Below are positions 21,722 through 39,734 of a stretch of DNA of 64,000 nucleotides, in pieces; the first letter of the stretch is position 1, and each line of letters opens with the position of its first letter. The notes beneath the pieces were generated by a model. It did no database searches and was not told the origin of the DNA. It worked only from the letters and a program-made list of their open reading frames with translations. Made by a program: the position numbers and the translations under genes. Source of the stretch: an uncultured Chloroflexia bacterium (GTDB lineage: Bacteria > Chloroflexota > Limnocylindria > Limnocylindrales > CSP1-4); contig CAWEYB010000005.1 of assembly GCA_963813225.1 (NCBI GenBank), forward strand, positions 200,252-264,251, written 5' to 3'.

Positions 21722-21859
21722 CAATCCGGGGCCGGTGCGCCGCAGCACTCCGGCAGCGGGCGTCCTGACATGGCCCGACAGTAGCAGGTATAGGCGTTCG
21801 GGTGACTCGGGCGTCCAGTCGCGCCTGCGGCGGCGACCCGCTGGTACCATCGCCGTCCC

Positions 21860-23516
21860 ATGGCCGACCGCCCGCGCTTCTACCTGACCACCTCGATCGC
21901 GTACGCGAACAACAAGCCGGGGCTGCACACCCTGTACGAGGTGATCGCGGCCGACGCGATCGCGCGCTGGCATCGGATGGTCGGCGACGACACGCGCTTC
22001 CTGACCGGCACCGACGAGCACTCGATCAACATCGCCCAGGCGGCCGTCGGACGAGGGGCGCCCGACACGCGAGTTCGTCGACGAGAAGGTGGTCATGTTC
22101 AAGGACGCCGAGGCGGCCCTGGCGATCGCCCCCGACCGGTTCATCCGGACGACCGACCCGGACCACATCCGCGCCGCCCAGGAGATGGTCCGGCGGGCGC
22201 ATGCCAACGGCGACATCTACCTCGGCACGTACGAGGGCTGGTACTGCCCGAACGAGGGCTTCCGCAGCGCGAGCGAGGTGGTCGAGACGGCGCGCGGGAC
22301 GATCTGCCCGAACCACCCCGAGGTCCCGCTCCAGTGGCTGACCGAGCGCAACTGGTTCTTCCGGCTGTCGGCCTACCAGGAGCGCCTCGAGCGCTATTTC
22401 GCCGACCACCCCGACTTCGTCCAGCCCGATTTCCGGCGCAACGAGATGCTCGGCTTCATCCGCGGCGGGCTCGAGGACTTCTCGATCAGCCGCGAGCGGA
22501 CGCCGGGCGACTGGGGCATCCCGTTCCCGATCGCCGAGAACGGCGAGACGGCGCTGCGTGAGGATGGGTCGTGGGACCCTGAGGCGGGCAAGATCTACGT
22601 CTGGTTCGACGCGCTGATCAACTACATCACCGGCGCCGGCTTCCCTGACGATCCGGCCGGCTTCGCCTACTGGTGGCCGGCCGACCTGCACGTCATCGGC
22701 AAGGACATCGCGCGGTTCCATACGATCGCCTGGCCGGCCATGCTGTGGAGCGCGGGCCTCGAGGCGCCCCGCCACGTCTGGGTCCACGGCTGGCTGCTCG
22801 CGGCCGGCGGCGAGCGGATGAGCAAGAGCCGCGGCAACTTCCTCGACCCGAACGACTTCGTGGCCGCGTTCGGCTCTGACGGCGCCCGCTACGTCGCCCT
22901 GCGCGAGGTCCCGTTCGACCGTGACGCCGAGGTGAGCTGGGACTCGTTCGTCCGCCGCTACAACGCCGACCTTGCCAACGACTTCGGCAACCTCGTCAAC
23001 CGGACCGTGTCCATGACCCAGCGCTATCTCGAGGGCGAGCGGCCCGCCCCGCGTCCGGCGGGAGAGTCCCCGCTCGGCACCGCGTGGAGCGAGACGCAGC
23101 GCGTCTATCGCGCGGCGTTCGAGACGAACCGGCTGCACGACGCCCTGGCCGAGCTGTGGGGATACATCGGCGCCGCCAACAAGGTCGTCGACGCCGAGCA
23201 GCCCTGGGTGCTGGCCAAGGCCTGGAAGGCCGGCGACCCGGAGGCAGGCGAGCGGCTGCGCGGGGTGCTCGGCGACCTCGTCGAGGGGTGCCGCCTGCTG
23301 GGACTGGCGGCGGCGCCATTCCTGCCGGCGACCGCACCGCGACTCCTCGGCCAGCTCGGCCACGCGTACGCCTACGCGCCCGATGGCAACGGCGGTCCGC
23401 CGCTCCTCGGCGAGATCGAGTGGGGGGCACACGCAGCCGAGCCAGGGCAGCTGAGCTCGCCCGAACCGCTCTTTCCGCGGCTGGACGTCGAAGCGGCCGA
23501 GACGGCGGCGTCCTGA
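21860..23516 (+). CDS. metG: Methionyl-tRNA synthetase; the frame is broken near 22040-22090
   Basis: ORF 21860..22561 reads MADRPRFYLTTSIAYANNKPGLHTLYEVIAADAIARWHRM...TGTDEHS, which is the HIGH region. ORF 22089..23516 continues with KMSKSRGN-type class I motifs and anticodon-binding helices. Confidence 0.75.
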
Positions 23517-23565
23517 TCCGACGACGCCGACCCGTCCTGTCGCGCCGAAGCCAGCGGATGTCCCG

Positions 23566-24397
23566 ATGCGCCTGATCGACAGCCACTGCCATCTCAACGC
23601 CGACCGCTTCGAGGCCGATGCGGACCAGGTCCTCGGGACGGCGCGACTGGCCGGCGTCGAGCGCGTCCTCGTCCCGGGCTGGAACGTCGCCTCGTCCGAG
23701 CGGGCGCTCGCGCTGCGTGGACCGGTTCGGCTGGCTCGACGCCGCGGTCGGGGTCCACCCGCACGACGCCGCCAAGGTGGATGACGGCGGCTGGCGCAGG
23801 ATCCTCGCCTGGGCCCAGGACCCACGGGTCGTTGCCATCGGTGAGACCGGGCTCGACTATGACCGCGTGTTCAGCCCGATCGCCGACCAGCTCACGAACC
23901 TGCGGCGCAATCTCGAGGTCGCGCTGGACACCGGCAAGCCGGCCATCCTCCACTGCCGCTCGGCCGACGGGCGACGCGACGCGCAGGACGCGCTGGTCGG
24001 GGAGCTGCGGGCGGCCGGGGTCGGCGGGCCCGCTTGGGCGGCCGCGTTCGGGGACCGGCCGGCGGCGGTCATCCACTCGTTCTCCGGGCCGCCCGACTAC
24101 GCCCGCGCCGTCATCGACCTCGGCCTCGCGGTCAGCTTCTCGGGGCTCGTGTTCCGGCGCGGCGAGGAGCCGGCGGCCGAGGCGGTCGCGCTGGTGCCCG
24201 CCGACCGGCTGCTGATCGAGACCGATTCGCCGTTCCTGGCACCACCCGGCGCACCGCGCTCGCGCAACCAACCCGAATGGGTGCGCGTCACAGGTGCGTG
24301 GGCCGCCGAGCATCGGGGGACGACCATCGATGCGCTGGGACCCGCCCTCGTCGCCGCCTACGACCGGACGTTCCCGAGTCCTCGGAGGACCGCATGA
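23566..24397 (+). CDS. tatD: TatD-family metal-dependent deoxyribonuclease/hydrolase; the frame is broken near 23700
   Basis: The ORF begins MRLIDSHCHLN. It continues in ORF 23618..24397 (GVHPHDA...IGETGLDY...LIETDSPFLAP). Confidence 0.7.
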
Positions 24398-25047
24398 CCC
24401 TCGCGACCCGTCGTCTCTCCACCGTCGTCCCCGTCTGCCTCGCCGTCGCGCTCGCCGTCGTGGCGTGCACCGGGAATGCGGCCAGCACGGTTCCGTCCGC
24501 CGTCGCGACGCCCTCCGCGGAGCCGACCGTCGTCAGCCTTGCCCCATCGATCGCGCCGAGTCCCAGCGCGTCCTCCGCCACCACGTCGGCGTCGGCGTCG
24601 AGCGGGACCGCCTGCACGACCACGTCGAAGACCACGCTCCCGTCCGACCGCCTCACCACCGTCACGGTCACCCCGGGCGCGACCTCGGACCGCCTCGACT
24701 TCGTGTTCGGGGACAGCTCACTGCCGGGTCCCGCGAGTCCGCCCATGGGCTCGCTCGACGTCGCGCGGCCGCCCTATACCCAGGCGGGGAGTGGCGCCCC
24801 GATCGTGATGACCGGCGACAACGTCGTCCAGCTCACCTTCACCGGCATGTCGCTCCAGAACGATGCCGGCGAGTTGATGTTCACCGGCCCGACCGAGCTC
24901 ACGCCGAACCTGCCGGCTCTCCGCAAGGCGGTGCAGTTCGACGCGTCCGAGGGCACCATCGGCTGGTACATCGGCTACGACAAGGGCGGCTGCGTCGTGC
25001 TCGGCCGCGACACGAACACGGTCACGGTGACGATCGATCACTCCTGA
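24394..25047 (+). CDS. Lipoprotein with Ser/Thr/Ala-rich linker, function unknown
   Basis: The ATG overlaps the tatD stop (ATGA). It has a signal peptide plus lipobox (LAVVAC), a low-complexity linker and then a beta-rich domain. Confidence 0.7.
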   Translation: MTLATRRLSTVVPVCLAVALAVVACTGNAASTVPSAVATPSAEPTVVSLAPSIAPSPSASSATTSASASSGTACTTTSKTTLPSDRLTTVTVTPGATSDRLDFVFGDSSLPGPASPPMGSLDVARPPYTQAGSGAPIVMTGDNVVQLTFTGMSLQNDAGELMFTGPTELTPNLPALRKAVQFDASEGTIGWYIGYDKGGCVVLGRDTNTVTVTIDHS

Positions 25048-25060
25048 CGGCCGATCCGGG

Positions 25061-25090
25061 TTGACAGCCGGGTACCCGGTTCGCTAGTCT
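25061..25090 (+). promoter_or_regulatory. Sigma-A-type promoter of groESL (TTGACA, N18, TAGTCT)
   Basis: The hexamers are seen in the sequence 210 bp upstream of groES and immediately 5' of CIRCE. Confidence 0.5.
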
Positions 25091-25094
25091 CCAC

Positions 25095-25121
25095 TTGGCA
25101 CTCTCGCAGTGAGAGTGCCAA
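25095..25121 (+). promoter_or_regulatory. CIRCE element (HrcA operator): TTGGCACTC, N9, GAGTGCCAA
   Basis: A perfect 9-bp inverted repeat with a 9-nt spacer matches the CIRCE consensus TTAGCACTC-N9-GAGTGCTAA at 16 of 18 positions. It sits in the groES leader. Confidence 0.85.
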
Positions 25122-25303
25122 GCATCGCGAACCGCCGAGTCCGAACGGGCCTGGGTGACTGGCCGGAGGGTCGGGCGGGGTTCGACACGATGCCTCCACC
25201 GAGGTTCCGGGGGACATCGCCCTCGCGGCCACACCCGGGCCGCCCGATGTCTCACGAGTCCACGCCCCGCGGCCGGCTCTGGCCGTCACAGGAGGTATGC
25301 ACG

Positions 25304-27306
<2,003 letters not shown>

Positions 27307-27334
27307 TCCGACCCTCGCTCCTCAGCCACGACAA

Positions 27335-27365
27335 GACCCTCGGCCACGCCGGGGGTCTTTCGATT
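27335..27365. terminator. Intrinsic terminator hairpin between convergent groEL and racemase genes
   Basis: The stem is GACCCTCGG / CCGGGGGTC (9 bp, one G-U wobble) with a CCACG loop. It is followed by TTTCGATT. Confidence 0.5.
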
Positions 27366-27376
27366 CCCGGGCGTGA

Positions 27377-28498
27377 TCAGCCGACCGCGAACAGCGGTTC
27401 GCCGAGCAGCTCGAGGTCCACCTCGATGCCGAGGCCCGGGCCCGTCGGGACCGGTCCGCGGCCGTCACGCGAGCGGGGCTGGTAGCCGGCCACGTGCTCG
27501 ACCGTCCAGTCGTTCATGAACGAGGCTGCGAACAGCTGCGCCGGCGGCACGCCGGCCGCGAGGTGGCTCACGGCGGCCGTGACGAGATCGCCGCCCCACG
27601 AGTCCTCGATGGTGAGGGTCAGGCCGAGCTCGACGGCGGCATCGCGGATCAGTCGCGCCTTCGTCAGCCCGCCGACGCGGCCGACCTTGAGGTTGACGTG
27701 GTCCATGGCGTCGGCCGCGGCCGCCCGGACCAGGGTGGGCAGGTCGGTGATGACCTCGTCCAGGACGAACGGGAGCGTGCTCAGTCGGCGGACGGCCAGG
27801 CACTCCTCGAGGGTCGGGCACGGCTGCTCGAGGCGAAAGCGGTCGAACCCCGCGAAGAGGCGGGCGGCGATGATCGCGTCCTGCCGGCGCCAGCCACCGT
27901 TCGCGTCCCCGATGAGCGCGTCCTCGGAGCCGGTCACCGCGTGAACGGCCGCCACGCGATCGCGATCGCGTTCCGGCGCGTCGCCGAGCTTGAGCTGGAA
28001 GTGGTGGATCCCGGCGGCGCGCTCGCGCTCGACGAAGGCCGCCATCTCGTCGGGCTGACCGAGCGGGACCGCGACGTAGAGGGGGAGCTCGGCCTGCCGG
28101 ACGCCGCCGAGGAGCGCCGCGACGGGCAGGCCGGCGACCTTGCCGAGGATGTCCCAGCACGCCACGTCCACCGGGCTCTTGGCGTACTCGTGGCCGCGCA
28201 GGGTCGCGTCCATCGCTGCGCCGACCGCGGCAAGGTTCGTCGCGTCCACTCCGATCAGCGCCGGGGCGAGCTCGCGCAGCGCGGCCCGGGCTCCCTCGCC
28301 GAACCCAGGCAGGTAGGTCCGCCCGAGCGGGCAGCTCTCTCCGAACCCCTCGGCGCCGCCGCGGGTCGAGATCCGGACCACCGTGCTCGGCAGGACGTTG
28401 ACGACCCGGCCCGACGACATGACGTAGTCGCCGTGCGCGTAGGTCAGGTCGTAGCCGTACACCTCGACCCGGTCGATGACGGTCGAGCGATCTGTCAT
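27377..28498 (-). CDS. Mandelate racemase / muconate lactonizing enzyme family protein (enolase superfamily; possible dipeptide epimerase or dehydratase)
   Basis: Intact 373-aa ORF with an MR/MLE N-terminal capping domain and a C-terminal barrel that carries metal ligands (D...E...D). Confidence 0.75.
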   Translation of the reverse strand: MTDRSTVIDRVEVYGYDLTYAHGDYVMSSGRVVNVLPSTVVRISTRGGAEGFGESCPLGRTYLPGFGEGARAALRELAPALIGVDATNLAAVGAAMDATLRGHEYAKSPVDVACWDILGKVAGLPVAALLGGVRQAELPLYVAVPLGQPDEMAAFVERERAAGIHHFQLKLGDAPERDRDRVAAVHAVTGSEDALIGDANGGWRRQDAIIAARLFAGFDRFRLEQPCPTLEECLAVRRLSTLPFVLDEVITDLPTLVRAAAADAMDHVNLKVGRVGGLTKARLIRDAAVELGLTLTIEDSWGGDLVTAAVSHLAAGVPPAQLFAASFMNDWTVEHVAGYQPRSRDGRGPVPTGPGLGIEVDLELLGEPLFAVG

Positions 28499-28601
28499 GA
28501 CCCCGACTCTACCCGCGTGAGGCTGCCCGGTGGGAGGCGGCTGTGCACTGCCGTCTTGGGGACGTTTGACAGGTTCGCTCCCTCACCGCGACCCTAGCCG
28601 C

Positions 28602-29381
28602 ATGACTCGAAGAACAGCGTCCATCCTGGCCATCGCCGCCACGCTCGTGCTTGCGGCCTGCAGCGGCACCTCGAGCGGCCCGGTCCTCACCGACCCGACG
28701 GCCATCGTCACCGCGGCGCTCACGTCGGCCGAATCGGCCAAGAGCGTCCATGTCGAGCTGACTGCGAGCGGCACCGCCTCTGTGGCCCTCCCGATCGCGG
28801 GTTCCAGCGGCACCCCGATCGACCTGACCGGGACGACCGCCTCGGCCGACGTCGATCTCGCGAACAGCGCGGCGAAGGTCACCTTCGCGGTCCCGACCAT
28901 GCTCAACCTCGCCGGGGAGATCATCGCCGTCGACGGCAAGGTCTACGTCAAGACGAGCTTCACCGGACCGCAGTACCAGGAGACAGACCTCGGCGGTTCC
29001 GCGCCGAGCCCGTCCCAGGCGCCCGGCATGATCGACAACCTCGGCGACCTGCTGCTCAAGCAGGGCATCGTTCTGGTCAAGGGCGATGACGTCGCGTGCG
29101 GCTCGAAGCAGTGCTACACGGTCACCGCCGATGTCGACCCGTCCAAGATCGCTCCCACCGCCTCGGGATCGATCGCGGGCGTGCCGATCGACCTGGCCGG
29201 GGCGACAGTCAAGCTGACGCTCCACGTCGAGAAGGACCTGCCCAACCACCTCGCCGGCGTGACGGCCGATGTCACGAGCCCGACCCTGGGCACCGTGACG
29301 GTCGATCTGACCTTCTCGAAGTGGGACGAGCCGGTGTCGATCACGGCCCCGCCGGCGGACCAGATCAAGGCTCCTTCCTGA
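28602..29381 (+). CDS. LppX/LprAFG-family lipoprotein
   Basis: Signal peptide plus lipobox (LVLAAC). Family-typical sequence is present (VHVELTASG...KVYVKTSF...CYTVTADVDPSKIA). Confidence 0.7.
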   Translation: MTRRTASILAIAATLVLAACSGTSSGPVLTDPTAIVTAALTSAESAKSVHVELTASGTASVALPIAGSSGTPIDLTGTTASADVDLANSAAKVTFAVPTMLNLAGEIIAVDGKVYVKTSFTGPQYQETDLGGSAPSPSQAPGMIDNLGDLLLKQGIVLVKGDDVACGSKQCYTVTADVDPSKIAPTASGSIAGVPIDLAGATVKLTLHVEKDLPNHLAGVTADVTSPTLGTVTVDLTFSKWDEPVSITAPPADQIKAPS

Positions 29382-29526
29382 CCGAGAACGACCGAGATCG
29401 CGGAGGCGCGGCGCCGGACAGGCGCGCCCGTTAGGCGCAGCGCCGTAGGGCGCGTCAGGCCGGTGGCGGCATCCGCCGGCTCGCACGAGTGAAAGCCGGG
29501 GTGAGCCGCTCACCTACAATGAGCGG

Positions 29527-32209
<2,683 letters not shown>

Positions 32210-32213
<4 letters not shown>

Positions 32214-33295
32214 CGACCGAGCCCGCCGTCGACCTCGCGCGGATCGTCCGACTCGCCGACTTCGAGCCGCTCGCGCGCGCCGCCATGGAGCCGGCCGCGT
32301 ACGACTACATCGCCGGCGGCGCCTCGGACGAGGTCACCCTCGCGGACAACGATGCCGCATGGCTGCGGCGCGTGCTCCGACCGCGGGTGCTGGTGGACGT
32401 CTCGGCGGTCGATCCGTCGACGACGCTGCTGGGCGCGCGGTCGGCGATGCCCGTCGCGATCGCACCGATGTCGATCCACGCGGTGGCGCACCACGAGGCG
32501 GAGCTCGCAACCGCCCGGGCGGCCGCGGCCGCGGGCGTGCCGTTCACGTTGTCGACGATGTCATCCAGGGCGATCGAGGACCTCCCCGCGGTCGCGCCCG
32601 GTGGCACCCGCTGGTTCCAACTGTACGTCCAGCGCGACCCGGATCGGACGCGGTCGCTGGTGGAACGGGCCGCGACCGCCGGCTATGCGGCGATCGTCCT
32701 GACCGTGGACCTGCCGGTGCTCGGCTATCGCGATCGCGACCGCGGGTCAGGGTTCGAGATGACCTCGCTTGGTAACTTCGTCGACCGCCTGCCGACGCAC
32801 CGACCGGTCGGACCGAGCGTCGACGGGCCCGCCGCGGCAGGCTCGAAGACACGGACCTTGACCTGGGCCGACCTGGCCACGATCCGCACCTGGTCGCCGC
32901 TGCCGATCGTGCTCAAGGGGATCCTGACCGCCGAGGACGCGCGGCTCGCCGTCGAGCACGGGGTCGAGGGCATCGTCGTCAGCAACCACGGCGCACGACA
33001 GCTCGATCGCGTCCAGGCCAGCATCGACGCGCTCCCGGATGTCGTCGCCGAGGTCGACGGCCGGCTCGAGGTCTGGGTCGACGGCGGCGTGCGTCGCGGG
33101 CTCGACATCGCGATCGCACTGGCCCTGGGGGCGCGTGGCGTGCTGATCGGCCGGCCCATCCTGTGGGCGCTGGCCGCCGCCGGCCAGGCCGGCGTCGAGC
33201 ATGCGCTGGGGATCCTCCGCGAGGAGTTCGAGGTGACCCTCGCCCTGCTCGGAACACCCACCCCAGCAGACGTCACGCGCGACCACCTGGTCTGA
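32210..33295 (+). CDS. FMN-dependent alpha-hydroxy-acid oxidase/dehydrogenase (L-lactate oxidase/LldD-like)
   Basis: Intact 361-aa ORF with a TIM-barrel FMN fold. Motifs include SNHGARQLD and GGVRRGLD. Confidence 0.8.
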
Positions 33296-33458
33296 CCGGG
33301 CCGGCGCGCGGACGGGGCCACTGACCGGCCCCGAACGGCGACCTCGGCGACACCCGCCCACCATCGACCGCGACGTCCACGCGGGGCACCATGGGAACCA
33401 TCGGCGCGAGGCCTCAGGTCCCGCCGGTCCCCACACTCACAACAGGATCTGTCTTCCC

Positions 33459-33692
33459 ATGCTTGACGATGCCCGGATGCTCGACCTGATCGAGCGTGCC
33501 CTCGACGCCGACCCGATGTGCCCGGTGTGCGGCGCCCCGACCGACATCCGCGACCACGACGGCCGCCTCTGGCTCGAGTGTTCGTCAACCTCGTCCGACC
33601 CGCCGAGCGGGTTGATCGCTCGACTCGAGGCGGCCATCCTGCCGCATCCGCGTCGCCTCGTCATCGACCTGCGCGAGCGCCGGGCCGCCTGA
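33459..33692 (+). CDS. Small hypothetical protein (77 aa) with a CPVCG motif
   Basis: The ORF lies 9 nt upstream of ligA. No homology is recognisable and the SD is weak. Confidence 0.3.
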   Translation: MLDDARMLDLIERALDADPMCPVCGAPTDIRDHDGRLWLECSSTSSDPPSGLIARLEAAILPHPRRLVIDLRERRAA

Positions 33693-36371
<2,679 letters not shown>

Positions 36372-36375
<4 letters not shown>

Positions 36376-36761
36376 TCGAACCGCCCCGTGCGCCCGGCGC
36401 TCCGGACAGCCATCGCGGTCGCCTGATCGACCCCGTCGAGATGGATCTCCCACGACTCCGGGTTCGAGACCGCGGCCGGCCGTCGCACGACGCGAGGTCG
36501 TCCGGTGACGCCTCGACGGGCGAAGAGGAGCGAGAGCGCGCGTTCGATCCGGGCCGGCGTGTCGGGTCGCTCGATCGTGTCGCCCGATGCCTGCAGGAGG
36601 GCGACGCGGAGGCGTTCGACCTCGTCGGGTACGAAGACGATGACGACGTCTTCGAGGTCGCGCGCCATCTGGGGTGCAGGGGCACGTTCGGGGCCGGGCA
36701 CGGTCGTCCGGTTCGCCCGGCGGTCGAGGCGGCGTCGTGCGCGGCCGATGCTGGACCACAT
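36372..36761 (-). CDS. Hypothetical protein (98-129 aa), translationally coupled to the zinc-ribbon protein
   Basis: Minus-strand ORF ending in GTGA overlap with the downstream gene. Start is ATG 36668 or further upstream. Confidence 0.35.
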
Positions 36762-36890
36762 CGTCGTGACAGGCTCCGATGGTGCTGATGTGTGAGCGGT
36801 GTCCCGAGGATGCGGTCAGGACGCGCGGCGCGCCATCACCCCTTCGGCGTGTCCGGATCGACCGGATGGACCATCGACCGGACGCACCAC

Positions 36891-37703
36891 TCAGCCGTGC
36901 GCGAGGTTGAACTGCCCCCAGATGGCCGTCGGTTGCCACGCCGGTGCGTCGCCACGGACCAGCCGTGGCGCCCGCCAGCTCTCGGTCCAGCCGGCGCCGA
37001 GCAGGCGATCGCGCCCAGCCTCGTTCTCGTCCAACAGCCCGGCTCGGACCAGCCTGCCCGGGCCCGACGCGACGCGTCGGGCATGGAGCAATGCCTCGGC
37101 ATCGTCGATCTCCGGCGCGATCGTCGCGCCGCCTCCCCACGGCGCGCGGACGACGAACCCGCCGAGCGAGCCGTCGTCACGGAACAGGACCCGAGCGCTG
37201 TCCGGATGCGCGAATGCACGGTGGAGGTGTGCGCGGTCCTCGCCCGTCACCGCATGATCGAGCGCCGTGATCGCTGCCAGGTCCGGGGGTTCGAAGGGAC
37301 GGATGCGCGGATCGGCCTTCGCGGCGTCGAGTCCGGGCGCCTCGAGCATCTGGTACCAGGTCTGGATCTCGAACCCGAGACCTTCGTAGAGAGGTCGCCC
37401 CATCTCGGTGGCGGACAGAAGGAATGTCCGCGCACCGGCCGCCTCGCCCGCGTCGATCGTCGCCTGGGTCAACGCCCGGCCGATGCCGTGTCGTCGCCAC
37501 GCGGGGTCCACCCAGACCGTGCCGATCCAGGCGGTGCCCCCGTAGACGGTCACCTGCCCGGTCCCGACGATCGTGCCGTCGGCATCGGCGACCACCGGAT
37601 AGGTCTGCTGGTGGCTGGTCGCGAAGTCGAGGTTCGCGCGACGATCGCCCCAGGCATCGCGCAGCATCGCGGCGACGACCTGATCGACGTCGGCGGGCGT
37701 CAT
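36891..37703 (-). CDS. GNAT-family N-acetyltransferase with a C-terminal extension (270 aa)
   Basis: ATG at 37703. The acetyl-CoA-binding motif VDPAWRRHGIGRAL is present, with a second GNAT-like half. Confidence 0.7.
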   Translation of the reverse strand: MTPADVDQVVAAMLRDAWGDRRANLDFATSHQQTYPVVADADGTIVGTGQVTVYGGTAWIGTVWVDPAWRRHGIGRALTQATIDAGEAAGARTFLLSATEMGRPLYEGLGFEIQTWYQMLEAPGLDAAKADPRIRPFEPPDLAAITALDHAVTGEDRAHLHRAFAHPDSARVLFRDDGSLGGFVVRAPWGGGATIAPEIDDAEALLHARRVASGPGRLVRAGLLDENEAGRDRLLGAGWTESWRAPRLVRGDAPAWQPTAIWGQFNLAHG

Positions 37704-37766
37704 GGGCCGGATCGTGGGACTCGTCACCGGCCGATCGTAGCGGACGTGTCGGCTATCATCGGGCGC

Positions 37767-38063
37767 ATGGCCACCCTGTCCCGTGCGGATGTCGAGCACG
37801 TCGCCCACCTCGCCCGGCTGGGCCTCACCGACGCCGAGCTCGGCCGTCTCGAGGTCGAGCTGAACCACATCCTCGACCAGTACGCCATCCTTGCCGAGCT
37901 GCCGACCGACGACATCCCGCCGACCGCCCAGACCATCGAGCTCGAGAACATCCTGCGCGAGGACGTGGTCCGGCCGTCGCTGCCGGTCGAGGCGGTGCTC
38001 GCCAACGCGCCGGCCCGGGACGGTGACTTCATCGTCGTCCCGGCCATCATCGACGAGCGCTGA
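37767..38063 (+). CDS. gatC: Asp-tRNA(Asn)/Glu-tRNA(Gln) amidotransferase subunit C
   Basis: 98-aa protein MATLSRADVEHVAHLARLGLTDAEL..., immediately upstream of gatA. Confidence 0.85.
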   Translation: MATLSRADVEHVAHLARLGLTDAELGRLEVELNHILDQYAILAELPTDDIPPTAQTIELENILREDVVRPSLPVEAVLANAPARDGDFIVVPAIIDER

Positions 38064-38070
38064 CCGCCCG

Positions 38071-39666
38071 ATGACCGACCTGACGCGGCTCCATGCCCAC
38101 GAGATGGCCGGGCTGCTGCGGAGCGGCGCGGTCTCGTCGCGGGAGCTGACCGAGGCGCACCTGGTCGCCGCCGAGCGCGACAACCACGCCCTCAATGCGT
38201 GGCTGACGATCGACCGCGACCGGGCGCTCGCCGAGGCCGACGCCGCAGACGCCCGGCTTGCCGCGGCGACATCCGACCCGGCCCACGCGCTCGACCGGCT
38301 CCGGCCGCTGCTCGGCATCCCGATCGCCCTGAAGGACCTCGTCTCGCTGGCCGGCGGTCAGTGCACGGCCGGGTCGCGGATCCTCGAGGGCTACGTCTCG
38401 CCCTACGACGCGCACATCACGGAGCGGTTGCGCGAGGCCGGCGCCGTCATCCTCGGCAAGACCAACATGGACGAGTTCGCGATGGGCTCGTCCACCGAGC
38501 ACTCGGCGTACGGGCCGACGGCGAACCCGTGGGCGCTCGATCGCGTCCCGGGCGGCAGCAGCGGCGGGTCGGCCGCGGCGGTGGCGGCCTATCACACGCC
38601 GCTGTCGATCGGGACCGACACCGGCGGCTCGATCCGCCAGCCGGCGGCGTTGTGCGGCGTCGTCGGCATGAAGCCGACGTACGGGCGAGTCAGCCGCTAC
38701 GGCATCGTCGCGTTCGCCAGCTCGCTCGACCAGATCGGTCCGTTCGCGCGCGACGTGCGCGACGCGGCGGCGCTCCTCCACGCGGTCGCCGGCCGTGACG
38801 ATCGCGACTCCACCTCGTCACCGGAGCCGGTGCCGGCCACCCTCACGGCGCTTCCGGCAGGCGACGACGAGGCGGCGGGCTCGCTCCGCGGCAAGCGCTT
38901 CGGCCTGCCGCGCGAGTACTTCGTCGCCGGCATGGAGCCGGGCGTCGAGGCGCGTGTCCGCGAGGCGGTCGCGGCGCTCGAGGCGGCCGGAGCGACGGTC
39001 GAGGAGGTCAGCCTCCCGCACACCGAGTACGGCCTCGCGACCTACTACATCGTCGCGCCGGCCGAGGCCTCGGCCAACCTGGCCCGCTACGACGGGATCC
39101 GGTTCGGTCCGCGGCTCGGCGACGGCGACGTGCTGGCGAACTACCTGGCCACGCGCGGGCAGGGGTTCGGTGCCGAGGTCAAGCGCCGGATCATGCTCGG
39201 GACGTACGCCCTGTCGGCCGGCTACTACGACGCCTACTACCTGAAGGCCCAGAAGGTCCGCACGCTCATCAAGGGCGACTTCGACGCGCTGTGGGCACAG
39301 GGCTTCGACGCCCTCGTCGCCCCGACCTCGCCGACCGTCGCCTTCCGCTTCGGCGAGCGGCTCACGGACCCGGTGTCGATGTACCTGTCGGATGCCTGCA
39401 CGCTGCCGGTCAACATGGCCGGCCTGCCCGGCGTGTCGATCCCGTGCGGCCTGTCCGAGGGCCTGCCGGTCGGCCTCCAGCTGATCGGCGCCGCCTGGTC
39501 CGAGGCCTCGCTCCTTGGGCTGGCGCGGGGCTACGAGGCGATCACCGCCGACGCGGCCTGGCGGTCGGTCGAGCCGACCGGTCTGGCGGAGGCCGCCGAC
39601 CCGACGGCACCGACGCCCGCAGAGCGCGCTGTCTCCATGGCGAGCGCGGGGACGGCCCCGGGCTGA
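38071..39666 (+). CDS. gatA: Asp-tRNA(Asn)/Glu-tRNA(Gln) amidotransferase subunit A
   Basis: Intact 531-aa amidase-signature protein (GGSSGGSAAAVAA...GTDTGGSIRQPA). Confidence 0.9.
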   Translation: MTDLTRLHAHEMAGLLRSGAVSSRELTEAHLVAAERDNHALNAWLTIDRDRALAEADAADARLAAATSDPAHALDRLRPLLGIPIALKDLVSLAGGQCTAGSRILEGYVSPYDAHITERLREAGAVILGKTNMDEFAMGSSTEHSAYGPTANPWALDRVPGGSSGGSAAAVAAYHTPLSIGTDTGGSIRQPAALCGVVGMKPTYGRVSRYGIVAFASSLDQIGPFARDVRDAAALLHAVAGRDDRDSTSSPEPVPATLTALPAGDDEAAGSLRGKRFGLPREYFVAGMEPGVEARVREAVAALEAAGATVEEVSLPHTEYGLATYYIVAPAEASANLARYDGIRFGPRLGDGDVLANYLATRGQGFGAEVKRRIMLGTYALSAGYYDAYYLKAQKVRTLIKGDFDALWAQGFDALVAPTSPTVAFRFGERLTDPVSMYLSDACTLPVNMAGLPGVSIPCGLSEGLPVGLQLIGAAWSEASLLGLARGYEAITADAAWRSVEPTGLAEAADPTAPTPAERAVSMASAGTAPG

Positions 39667-39734
39667 TCCCTCCGCGACGCGCGACCTCCTCCCGGGAGCG
39701 CGCCCGACTCCCGATGCCGTAGGCTTGCCCGACG

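Noticed and set aside
36792-37766. The plus-strand ORF 36792..38063 as a 423-aa protein
   Set aside because: Only its last 98 codons (gatC, from ATG 37767) are conserved. The upstream part lies antisense to the GNAT gene and is low-complexity.
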